Made by a program: the position numbers and the translations under genes. This document shows, piece by piece, positions 9,024-17,400 of a DNA stretch of 64,000 nt (position 1 is the stretch's first letter; every line of letters starts with the position of its first letter). The DNA is from Candidatus Thorarchaeota archaeon (GTDB lineage: Archaea > Asgardarchaeota > Thorarchaeia > Thorarchaeales > Thorarchaeaceae), in the NCBI GenBank assembly GCA_016933575.1, contig JAFGAR010000025.1, positions 31,976 to 95,975 on the forward strand, in the 5' to 3' direction. The notes beneath the pieces were generated by a model. It was not told the DNA's origin. It saw only the letters and a list, made by a program, of their open reading frames with translations, and did no database searches.

Positions 9024-9347
9024 ATGTTACTCAAAGCTTCCAAGTGTCCTGATTGTGAGAGAATTAGTATCCCTTCAAGGACGATATGTCCTTACTGTGG
9101 AAAGAAAGCGGGAGTTTCAACCAATATTGAAGTGGAGGGCTTGGGGCATATTATTACTTTTACCGAGCTGCACATGCCTCCTGAGGGATTTGAACCACCT
9201 CTGAAAATGGCGCTTGTGAAATTGACTACAGATACGATGATTCTGTGCCTTGAGGACGAAGCGAATCATGAAGAAATCTACATTGGAGCTCCGGTAGAAA
9301 TATCTTCAGATAGTAGTGATAGATTTACATTTTGTATAAAAGATTGA
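9024..9347 (+). CDS. DUF35-type zinc-ribbon/OB-fold protein (thiolase-associated acyl-CoA-binding family)
   Basis: Rubredoxin-like CPDCERISIPSRTICPYCG followed by an OB-like beta-rich C-terminus. The size and layout are typical of DUF35 partners of thiolase-fold enzymes. Confidence 0.75.
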   Translation: MLLKASKCPDCERISIPSRTICPYCGKKAGVSTNIEVEGLGHIITFTELHMPPEGFEPPLKMALVKLTTDTMILCLEDEANHEEIYIGAPVEISSDSSDRFTFCIKD

Positions 9348-9419
9348 GATTTTATCTGAGATGAACCTTGAAGGTTACTGATTTAAGCAGGTAATTTTAG
9401 GGACAGGCAGGTTTCGAAG

Positions 9420-10589
9420 ATGGTTGATTTCCTATCGAATGCATTATGGACTAAAGAAGAGATTGAATTCAGAAGAGAGGTACGTGCTTTCTGTGAGAAA
9501 GAAATCCTACCTATCGCTGACGAGATTGACAAAGGTCCTTATCCACGGGAGTTGCTTCGTAAGATTGGCAAAGCTGGTTACATGGGAGTACACCATGATG
9601 AGTCAGTTGGTGGTACGAATCGTGGACTGTCATATGAGATCATAGTTGCTGAAGAAATCTCAGCTGTCAATGGTGGTTTAGATATGGCACGCATGGCTTC
9701 CACGACACTGTATGGAATGCCCGTAGCACGTTTTGGAACTCCTGAACAAAAGAAGAATTATCTCGAACCAGTTGTCGTAGGTGACAAGATTGGTTGCATC
9801 GGAATAACTGAACCTGATGTAGGTTCTGACACGGCAGGAATGAAGACACGTGCTGAGAGAGATGGTGATGATTGGATTCTGAATGGTGAGAAACGATACA
9901 TCACAAATGGTAGTCAGGCTGACTATATGTGTGCTTTCGCCATAACTGATCCCCATGTTAAGTCAAAGGATGGAATGAGTGCTTTCATTGTTGATACAAA
10001 GTCTGATGGATTTAGTGTTGTCCAAGACCATGATCTATTAGGAATGAAATCCGCTCGTGTGTCATGGTTGAAACTAGACAATCTTAGAGTTCCTTCCGAC
10101 ATGGTGCTCGGAGAACCTGGACAGGGTTTCCACATTCTTATGGATGAACTAGACTCTGAGAGAACTGCAATTGCTGGTGAAGCAATCGGTTATGGAAGGA
10201 CCCCTTACGAAATAGCTGTCAAGTACTCGACTGAGCGACATCAGTTTGGGCGACCAATTAGCGCATTCGAGGGTGTGAGCTTCAAAATTGCTGACATGGC
10301 TATGAAACTGGAAGCTGGTCGTGCACTGACTCTTACTGCCGCGAGAATGTATGACCGTGGTGAAAAGATAACCAAACAGGCATCTATAGCTAAGCTATAC
10401 ACAACGGAGGCTGCAATCCAGATAACAAATGACGCTCTCCAAATTCTTGGTGGGGCTGGGTATACAACAGACTATCCTGTTGAACGTTTCTTAAGGGATG
10501 CTCGATTGATGACCATCGGTGGTGGGACTGCGGAAATCTTGAGATTTCTTATTCAGAGAGAGGTCTATAAAGAGTTCTTTCCTAAATAG
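9420..10589 (+). CDS. Acyl-CoA dehydrogenase (isovaleryl-CoA dehydrogenase-like placement of catalytic base)
   Basis: ACAD motifs GCIGITEPDVGSDTAG, RYITNG and GGAGYTTDYPVERFLRDARL. The C-terminal GGGTAEI lacks the YEG glutamate, and ELDSERTAIAG matches the IVD-type base position. Confidence 0.9.
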   Translation: MVDFLSNALWTKEEIEFRREVRAFCEKEILPIADEIDKGPYPRELLRKIGKAGYMGVHHDESVGGTNRGLSYEIIVAEEISAVNGGLDMARMASTTLYGMPVARFGTPEQKKNYLEPVVVGDKIGCIGITEPDVGSDTAGMKTRAERDGDDWILNGEKRYITNGSQADYMCAFAITDPHVKSKDGMSAFIVDTKSDGFSVVQDHDLLGMKSARVSWLKLDNLRVPSDMVLGEPGQGFHILMDELDSERTAIAGEAIGYGRTPYEIAVKYSTERHQFGRPISAFEGVSFKIADMAMKLEAGRALTLTAARMYDRGEKITKQASIAKLYTTEAAIQITNDALQILGGAGYTTDYPVERFLRDARLMTIGGGTAEILRFLIQREVYKEFFPK

Positions 10590-10591
10590 TA

Positions 10592-10620
10592 GAGGGGCAC
10601 CCCCCCTCCTTTCCATTTTT
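10592..10620 (+). terminator. Hairpin plus T-rich tract after the ACAD gene
   Basis: GAGGGG (10592-10597) pairs with CCCCTC (10603-10608) across a 5-nt loop, followed by CTTCCATTTTT. Confidence 0.5.
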
Positions 10621-10690
10621 ACAGTCAAAAACTATTTCTTGTTACAATCAGATTTGGAACTCATGATCATAATTTGGATGCGGTCTTGAA

Positions 10691-11251
10691 ATGGCTGTAT
10701 TAGAATATCTGATGGTGTATACAGAGGCTGGTTTACCAATCTATAGTAAGTGCTTTGGAACATTTTGCATGACAGCATTTCAAAATCCTGAACTACTCTC
10801 AGGATTCTTGTCAGCACTTCAGACCTTACCAATGACCATCTCATCGGATCTAAGTCTTGATTCTGTAAAAATGGGTCCCACAGAGATGCGTTTCTCACGG
10901 ACAATCCCCAGTGGTCATTCAATAGTAGTCGGACTTCCCGAGGATAATAAGGAGATTGCAGACAAGGTCTTTACTTCAGTATCAGAAATCTTAACCTCAA
11001 ATCATTTCAAGGATATTGATTGGAACTTCATCTCATCTGATGTAATGCATCAATTCGAGACCGAGTTGCTTCAGACCGCTCTCTTTCAGGCATTACAAGA
11101 ACATGGCGGATTTGAGGATAAGTGTCCACTCGGGGACCAATGTCCTATTCATACAAATGCTCTTCAGTACAAAACAAAACGTGTGAAAGTCTGGAACATG
11201 ATCAAGGACAAGTATGCAGCGATGAAAGCTCGTATGAGTAGTTCAAAATAA
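10691..11251 (+). CDS. Longin/roadblock-like domain protein with C-terminal Cys/His-containing extension
   Basis: N-terminus MAVLEYLMVYTEAGLPIYSKCFG...ELLSGFLSALQTL...HSIVVGLPEDNKEIADKVF has the same fold-type pattern as the N-domains at 5944 and 7176. The C-terminus contains KCPLGDQCPIH. Confidence 0.5.
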   Translation: MAVLEYLMVYTEAGLPIYSKCFGTFCMTAFQNPELLSGFLSALQTLPMTISSDLSLDSVKMGPTEMRFSRTIPSGHSIVVGLPEDNKEIADKVFTSVSEILTSNHFKDIDWNFISSDVMHQFETELLQTALFQALQEHGGFEDKCPLGDQCPIHTNALQYKTKRVKVWNMIKDKYAAMKARMSSSK

Positions 11252-11269
11252 TGACAGAAAAAGAAAGAG

Positions 11270-11287
11270 AGGAGGGAATTCCCTCCT
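11270..11287. terminator. 18-nt palindrome between convergent genes (bidirectional terminator candidate)
   Basis: AGGAGGGAATTCCCTCCT is a perfect palindrome (16-nt core at 11271-11286) flanked by A-rich and T-rich tracts. It lies between the stops at 11251 (+) and 11292 (-). Confidence 0.55.
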
Positions 11288-11291
11288 TCTG

Positions 11292-13082
11292 TTAGTTCTT
11301 TACAATTGCGATTATTCTATAGACACCATTCACTTCTTGAATTGTGGCTGTGAAATTATCCGTCGAATTTAGGAACAGAAGTGTGTACCAATCTGACGTA
11401 TTCATCCATGCCTGAGCCCCTTCAAGAAATTCGTAGGTTGCATTATCTGTCCTCAGAAGAACATGTTCTTGGTTATTCTGTACAAAGGATGTTTTGTCAA
11501 CCACTGTTGCTGTCATATTGAAGGTATCTGTAGGTTCTGGTTCAAGCATGCCACCAAATAGAGCAACATATTGTTCTCTCGCCTCATGGACAAGATTCTC
11601 ACCAGATAGAGTACCTCCCAAGGGCACCCAAACAAATCTGTCTATATTTGAGGCATCAACAAGACCTAGTGCATGAAGGCGCATGTTTGAAGCAACATAT
11701 TCTCCTAGATCCTCGTCGTAGTAAGCATCCGCCCAGTAGATTGGTGTGTACCAAGTCCACTTGGTCAAAGTTGAATTTACAACGACTGGATAGAGAAGAG
11801 GCATTGCACCATAATAGAATCCACTAGCAGGAGCTCCTATATCCGCAACGACATTAGCTGCTGCTGCATCACCACTTACAAAACCCAATCCACTCAGGTC
11901 GTGATAGTAAACTTCAGTCTGCGTTGCTCTGAATACTCCTGCGAGGGTTCGCGAGGCAGTAACTGGGTGCACCGCGATGAATGCTTCAATATGTCCTGTA
12001 TCTGGATTCAGGATGTATCTAGTATCTTCAGTGATTTCAAGTCTGTCGTTGGAAGGTGCAATGAACCATAGTAGACCGCCAGCAAACAGATCAAATGTAG
12101 ATCCTCGTCGATAGCCACCCCATCGTCCAATCTGTCTCTCAAGCCATTCCTCTGCATATGCTTGAGTGACCCACTTTGGTGTGTCTTCAATCGAATCATA
12201 GGTATATATGGAACCATTCTCTGCATAGACAACAGGTCCAATTGCCCGTTCTACATAATCGAATCCAAGCGGAGTTCTTGTCTGAACATAGACCAAGTTA
12301 CCTGAATTATCCCAGGTCGGGTATGCATATTCGTATGCGGATGTCATATCAGCTAGATAATTTCCAAACTGAATATTTCGATCCCAGAACAGGCCTTCTC
12401 CTACGGGAATTGTCGTGTTAGTTATGAGACCCGGTTCTATTGATTGAGGATCGTTGGCATCGACAATAATGAATCCTTTCACAAAGTTTTCAGCCAGCAC
12501 ATTCGTGGACACTATCGTACACACCCAGACTAGCGTCCCATTCGGGTTCTTAGTAATATGCGCAGAAGCTACTGCTGTATTTGAACCAAAAGGCGAAAGA
12601 TGTTGATTTGCAACATAGATTGCATATTCTTCTGTAACAAGCCTGACCATTCTATCCGGGATTGGATTCAAGAATAGTGGGTCATCAGTCTCAGCAATCA
12701 TGGAATCAAAGTATTCCGCATTCGCAACTCCAGATGTCCAACCAATTACTCCTCCGAACATTGGTACAATCATGAGCACTATGAGTCCAAAACATGTGAA
12801 TGGCACTTTGATCCCACTCAACATATCCTCGATTTGACCTCCGGGACGGAACCCGCTAGTGAACATCATTATTGCACCAAGACTCATTATCAGCCCCAAT
12901 ATAGCCCAAGGCAATGTTGTAGCAAAGAGCAAACAGATGATTGCCCAAGCTACAGTTCCCCAAGCTAATCGAAGTGGTAACCATTTAATAAGTCTAGACG
13001 GAACTGTGTATTGTCGTGAGAAAGGAATTGGTATTGCATGTGCAATTAGTGAAATTAGAAGAAATACAAGTACGTTCATCAA
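11292..13082 (-). CDS. Membrane-anchored protein with large extracytoplasmic domain (uncharacterised)
   Basis: 596 aa, with about 4 N-terminal TM helices followed by a roughly 450-aa soluble region containing several NxS/T sequons. I recognise no family motif. Confidence 0.6.
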   Translation of the reverse strand: MMNVLVFLLISLIAHAIPIPFSRQYTVPSRLIKWLPLRLAWGTVAWAIICLLFATTLPWAILGLIMSLGAIMMFTSGFRPGGQIEDMLSGIKVPFTCFGLIVLMIVPMFGGVIGWTSGVANAEYFDSMIAETDDPLFLNPIPDRMVRLVTEEYAIYVANQHLSPFGSNTAVASAHITKNPNGTLVWVCTIVSTNVLAENFVKGFIIVDANDPQSIEPGLITNTTIPVGEGLFWDRNIQFGNYLADMTSAYEYAYPTWDNSGNLVYVQTRTPLGFDYVERAIGPVVYAENGSIYTYDSIEDTPKWVTQAYAEEWLERQIGRWGGYRRGSTFDLFAGGLLWFIAPSNDRLEITEDTRYILNPDTGHIEAFIAVHPVTASRTLAGVFRATQTEVYYHDLSGLGFVSGDAAAANVVADIGAPASGFYYGAMPLLYPVVVNSTLTKWTWYTPIYWADAYYDEDLGEYVASNMRLHALGLVDASNIDRFVWVPLGGTLSGENLVHEAREQYVALFGGMLEPEPTDTFNMTATVVDKTSFVQNNQEHVLLRTDNATYEFLEGAQAWMNTSDWYTLLFLNSTDNFTATIQEVNGVYRIIAIVKN

Positions 13083-13130
13083 ATAACCTCTCTGGTTATG
13101 ACCTCAACTTACGTGAAAGATTAGAGGCTT

Positions 13131-13643
13131 TTAGCGTTTTCCAACACTCTGTTTATACCAATTTATGGCTCCACCAGCCGAGAGGAGATTTAACATTCTC
13201 TCAATTAAGGGCTTTCCATGAAACCTATCCCCACTTCTTTTTGCAGTCAGAGTTCCATCGTTTAGATCAACCGTGACCACATCTCCATCTTGGACTAACT
13301 TTGCAATGTTTGGGATAATCAAGAGCGGTAGTCCGACATTGAATCCATTCCTATAGAATATTCTTGCAAAAGATTCAGCGACAACGCAGCCAATCCCTGA
13401 TTCGAGAAGAACCTTTGGAGCCTCTTCACGAGATGATCCGCCACCAAAATTCCGACCCGCAATTACTACATCATTCTTCTTTACTTTTGACACAAAGACC
13501 GGTCTTGGAATTTCGAAGGTATGTTTTGCCATCTCGGGATATGACAAGAGAGTGAGATATTGACCCTGAATGATTTGGTCAGTATCAATATTGTTGCCAA
13601 AGACCCATGCTCTGCCCGTTATATTGCCAAGATTGCGATTCAA
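13131..13643 (-). CDS. leuD: 3-isopropylmalate / homoaconitate dehydratase small subunit
   Basis: GRAWVFGNNIDTDQIIQGQYL and GRNFGGGSSREEAP motifs. It lies directly downstream of the large subunit. The LeuD versus HacB paralogue cannot be resolved by eye. Confidence 0.85.
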   Translation of the reverse strand: MNRNLGNITGRAWVFGNNIDTDQIIQGQYLTLLSYPEMAKHTFEIPRPVFVSKVKKNDVVIAGRNFGGGSSREEAPKVLLESGIGCVVAESFARIFYRNGFNVGLPLLIIPNIAKLVQDGDVVTVDLNDGTLTAKRSGDRFHGKPLIERMLNLLSAGGAINWYKQSVGKR

Positions 13644-13646
13644 CTA

Positions 13647-14939
13647 TTACACACTCCTTGGATCAGTTATCGCACCCATCAATGCACTGGCTGCAACTGT
13701 GGCAGGTGACGCAAGGTAGATTGCTGCGTCTTTATGTCCCATTCTTCCTTTGAAATTGCGGTTTGTACTTGAGATACACACTTCACCAGCGCCTAAGACC
13801 CCAAGATGTCCACCTACGCAGGCTCCACATGTTGAATTTGTGACGATGCCCCCAGCTTCCATGAAGATTCCAATCAATCCATCATTCAACGCTTGGATGT
13901 ATGTTTCCTTACTTGCAGGAGTGATAATTAGGCGTACTCCTCTCCTGATTCTCTTTCCTTTCAAGATCTTCGCAGCTATTTCCAAGTCTTGTATGCGTCC
14001 ATTAGTACAGGACCCAATGAATGCTTGGTCAATTGGCACTCCCACAACCTCGCCTACTGGTTTTCCATTTGTTGGACTATCTGGCGTGGCAACAATGGGA
14101 TCAAGTGGTTCTTTGTTGAGATCGTACGCAAATCTCTCAATATATACCGCATCCGGGTCTGGTTCTACTGGGTCCCATCTTCGAGAAGGAGCATATTCAC
14201 TCATCCATGTTGAAACATCCTGATTCAATCTCATGGGGGAGCATTTTGCTCCAGCTTCAACGGTCATGTTGCACATAGTCATCCTCTCACCGACAGGCAT
14301 TCTATCTATAGTAGAACCATCAAATTCTATAGACTTGTAATTAGCTCCATCAGTTCCAAGTTCACTGATTATTTTCAATATCAGGTCTTTACTCATCACC
14401 ATCTTTGGGAGTTTACCATTCACCTCGATGTGTATCGTTTCAGGAACTCTGAACCAGCACATTCCAGTAGCTAGGATGAGCGCAGAGTCAGTTGCTGCAA
14501 GACCTGTTGAGAAAGCATTGAAGGCTCCATAGGTTGTGGAATGGGAATCGCTTCCAACAATGAGATCTCCTGGTGCAACCAAGCCCATCTCAGGCAGTAT
14601 CTGATGTGATATACCACAATCAACATCGCAGAAATTAGTTATCTTTTGTTCACGAGCAAAATTGCGATTTCTCCTGTGAATCTCTGCACTATTTATGTCT
14701 GAAGCTGGAGCCCAGTGGTCATTCACAATCAAGACACGCTTTGGATTCCATACTCGTTTAAAGTCCATCTCTTTTAGAATAGGGATAATACGCGAACCTA
14801 GAACCTCGTGGACCATTAACAGGTCAATATGAGCTTCTATAATATCTCCTCCTGAGGCTTTCCCATCATTGGTATGGCTTGCGAGTAGTTTTTCAACTAA
14901 TGTCTTGCCCATTGCTTCACCCCTTCTATTCCTGTTCAT
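13647..14939 (-). CDS. leuC: 3-isopropylmalate / homoaconitate dehydratase large subunit (aconitase family)
   Basis: Aconitase-family motifs HEV, GSDSHSTTYGA and CTNGR, and cluster cysteines (NSTCGACVG). The real start is probably MGKTLVEKL at about 14912. Confidence 0.9.
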   Translation of the reverse strand: MNRNRRGEAMGKTLVEKLLASHTNDGKASGGDIIEAHIDLLMVHEVLGSRIIPILKEMDFKRVWNPKRVLIVNDHWAPASDINSAEIHRRNRNFAREQKITNFCDVDCGISHQILPEMGLVAPGDLIVGSDSHSTTYGAFNAFSTGLAATDSALILATGMCWFRVPETIHIEVNGKLPKMVMSKDLILKIISELGTDGANYKSIEFDGSTIDRMPVGERMTMCNMTVEAGAKCSPMRLNQDVSTWMSEYAPSRRWDPVEPDPDAVYIERFAYDLNKEPLDPIVATPDSPTNGKPVGEVVGVPIDQAFIGSCTNGRIQDLEIAAKILKGKRIRRGVRLIITPASKETYIQALNDGLIGIFMEAGGIVTNSTCGACVGGHLGVLGAGEVCISSTNRNFKGRMGHKDAAIYLASPATVAASALMGAITDPRSV

Positions 14940-16077
14940 TTATCGTTTGAATAATTGCCTCAGTCACAGCATCTGTCGAACTAGGTTCTATTGAATTCCA
15001 TGGACCAACACAAAGGTCCGAAGTCCGTACTTTGCCTTCTCTTAGTACCTGAGCAACAGACTCCTTGACTAACTCTCCGCCACGTCTTGCATTCTTATCC
15101 TTGTGAACTTGACCTAACCAATCAAGCATCATTCCCATTGCTAGGATTGTAGCTATTGGGTTCGCAGTCTTTAATCCATAATATTTCGGAGCAGATCCAT
15201 GGACTGGTTCAAAGACAGCATGTTCCTGACCGATGTTACCTGCTGGCGCAACACCCAATCCTCCTTGGATAGCTGCTCCAAGATCTGTAATGATGTCTCC
15301 AAACTCATTAGGAGCCACTACAACATCATATTGTTCCGGTTTTCGAATGCACCACTGTGTCCATGCGTCAACGTATGCATAATCTCTCTCGACATCCGAA
15401 TACTCTTGACCTATCTCATTGAATATTTGTCTGAATAGCTGGCAACCAGCAAGAAGGTTACTCTTGTCCACACAGGTGACTCGCTTTTTACCATCAGCGG
15501 GAGCTCCTCTGCCAACCTTTGCCAAATTGTATGCATAGCGAATAACACGCTCTGCGCCTTTCCTAGTTATTATTCGAGTATCAATTGCTACATCAGAGAT
15601 ATTGCCCCGTTTGAGTATTCCCCGTGTTGGAGCATAGAGTCCCTCAGTGTTTTCCCGAATAATTGTCATATCAATATCATTCGGTCCCTTATCCTTAATC
15701 GGAGTCCAGACTCCTTCGAAGAGTCTGACAGGTCTCACATTTGCATAGAGATCCAATTCCATCCTGAGACCAATGACAATGTTATATCCTGCTAGATTAC
15801 CATCTGGAAGTCTTACACTATTTCCGGTGGCATCTAAAGCTCCTATTGCGCCAAGGAGTATTGCATCAGCCTCATTTTTTGTAAACTCCTCAGCTTCGAT
15901 TGACCACTCTCGATTTTGCAGTTGATAGTATTCTCCTCCACAGTCAAACTGATGAATCTCAGTGTGAATTCCATGTAGTTTCTCCTTCACTGCATCGAGT
16001 ACCCGAACAGCGTCTGGTACCACTTCACGACCAATGCCATCGCCTGGAAGAACCGAGATTTTGTAGGTCCGTGACAA
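14926..16077 (-). CDS. leuB: Isopropylmalate/isocitrate/tartrate dehydrogenase family beta-decarboxylating dehydrogenase
   Basis: [14 protein letters not shown]-terminus, [10 protein letters not shown] and [13 protein letters not shown] motifs, in an operon with the dehydratase subunits. At 383 aa it is longer than a typical LeuB, so the substrate is uncertain. Confidence 0.8.
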   Translation of the reverse strand: MSRTYKISVLPGDGIGREVVPDAVRVLDAVKEKLHGIHTEIHQFDCGGEYYQLQNREWSIEAEEFTKNEADAILLGAIGALDATGNSVRLPDGNLAGYNIVIGLRMELDLYANVRPVRLFEGVWTPIKDKGPNDIDMTIIRENTEGLYAPTRGILKRGNISDVAIDTRIITRKGAERVIRYAYNLAKVGRGAPADGKKRVTCVDKSNLLAGCQLFRQIFNEIGQEYSDVERDYAYVDAWTQWCIRKPEQYDVVVAPNEFGDIITDLGAAIQGGLGVAPAGNIGQEHAVFEPVHGSAPKYYGLKTANPIATILAMGMMLDWLGQVHKDKNARRGGELVKESVAQVLREGKVRTSDLCVGPWNSIEPSSTDAVTEAIIQTINEQE

Positions 16078-16087
16078 TATATTTCAC

Positions 16088-16444
16088 CTAGTAGCTGCCT
16101 AACCAGCCCAAGTTTGTACCTTTATCATCGAGGATATCTACTCTTGTATCAGCCCGTTCACCATCTGCATATCGAATGTAACAACGAATGGTAAAGGTTC
16201 TACTACACGTTTTACACTTAACGATCCAGTCTTCAATTACCTCTTCCACTCCACTCCCTTTGAGAGTTTCCTTATCCTTCCTAAAATGAAGAAGCTCTAG
16301 TTCTTTGCCATCACACTGATATGTACACTCCTTCAAAGGAATGCCCTCCATACCTCTTCTCCCTAGAGCTACAAACACCTCATCAGGCAAATTATCTAAT
16401 GATAGTTCGTCTGTCATCTTTAACACTAGAGAGTTTGTTACCAC
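16088..16444 (-). CDS. Hypothetical small protein upstream of the dehydrogenase
   Basis: 118-aa ORF, co-directional and 10 nt from the next gene. It has CxxxC...CxxC cysteine pairs (ECTYQCDG, CKTCS), and the likely start is MTDELS. Confidence 0.45.
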   Translation of the reverse strand: MVTNSLVLKMTDELSLDNLPDEVFVALGRRGMEGIPLKECTYQCDGKELELLHFRKDKETLKGSGVEEVIEDWIVKCKTCSRTFTIRCYIRYADGERADTRVDILDDKGTNLGWLGSY

Positions 16445-16463
16445 TAGTGATAAATGAATTTGT

Positions 16464-17381
16464 TTGCCCTATCATCTCATGCGATTGGTAACGTATTCAC
16501 GGATGGGTGTTCCCTCGATAGGTGTAGAACTAGATTCAGGGATTCTCGATATACCTGATGCTGCATCTTATTTTGGCCGTAAGTATCATGTTAGAGGACA
16601 GAGCTTTCCATCAACAATGTTGGACCTACTGAGTTGGGAGTCTGGAATTGATGTTGTTCGACAGATTGTAGAGCGATATAATCAAACGCCTTCTGGAGAA
16701 CGTCTTCTCACTCTGTCACTGGACTCTATCACACTTGAGGCACCAATCCAACGACCAGGTAAGATTGTCGCTCTGGGTCGCAACTATCCTGAGCATGCTA
16801 AGGAAACTGGCTCAGAAGTTCCCAAATTTCCCATAATCTTCGCCAAATTTCCCTCTTGTGTGATTGGTCCAAATGATACGATTCACATTCCCAAGGTATC
16901 AACAAAAATTGATTGGGAAGTTGAACTTGCCATAGTAATTGGGAAAGTCTGCAAAGATGTTAGCGAGGAGAAGGCACTCCAGTATATCGCTGGATATACA
17001 ATTATCAATGATGTCAGTGCTAGGGACCTACAACGCCAAGATGTTCAATATGTACGTGCCAAGTCTCTTGATGATTTCTGTCCCATGGGACCCTGCATTG
17101 TTACAACAGATGAAATAGGCGACGGTAGCGGGTTAAAAATGTCCACAGCAATTAGTGGCATATTAAAACAGAACTCTACTACTTCCAATATGATGTTCAA
17201 AGTTCCTCATATCATATCGTATCTGTCTAAATCATTCACCCTTGAACCTGGAGATATCATTGCGACAGGAACACCTGAGGGAGTTGGTTTTGCAAGAGAC
17301 CCTCCTGAATATCTAAAATCTGGTGACATTGTTGATCAATATATAGAGAAGATTGGCTTTCTACGAAATCCTGTGAAATAG
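16464..17381 (+). CDS. Fumarylacetoacetate hydrolase (FAH) family hydratase/decarboxylase
   Basis: KIVALGRNYPEHAKE, WEVELAIVIGK, ITIINDVSARDLQ and GDIIATGTPEGVG motifs. An in-frame ATG at 16479 (MRLVTY) is the more likely start. Confidence 0.9.
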   Translation: MPYHLMRLVTYSRMGVPSIGVELDSGILDIPDAASYFGRKYHVRGQSFPSTMLDLLSWESGIDVVRQIVERYNQTPSGERLLTLSLDSITLEAPIQRPGKIVALGRNYPEHAKETGSEVPKFPIIFAKFPSCVIGPNDTIHIPKVSTKIDWEVELAIVIGKVCKDVSEEKALQYIAGYTIINDVSARDLQRQDVQYVRAKSLDDFCPMGPCIVTTDEIGDGSGLKMSTAISGILKQNSTTSNMMFKVPHIISYLSKSFTLEPGDIIATGTPEGVGFARDPPEYLKSGDIVDQYIEKIGFLRNPVK

Positions 17382-17400
17382 TATTTTGTAAAAAGTCAAA

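Noticed and set aside
4560-9347. Canonical archaeal thiolase / HMG-CoA synthase / DUF35 mevalonate-entry complex
   Set aside because: No HMG-CoA synthase gene is present in the window, and the thiolase-fold protein lacks the nucleophilic Cys. The standard annotation therefore cannot be supported from this sequence.
13750-14223. 157-aa plus-strand ORF antisense to leuC, with similar antisense ORFs at 7943-8335, 17786-18166, 29591-30001, 30391-30726 and 39126-39572
   Set aside because: All lie fully inside well-supported genes on the opposite strand or in another frame and have low-complexity Ser/Pro/Arg-rich translations. They are typical shadow ORFs.
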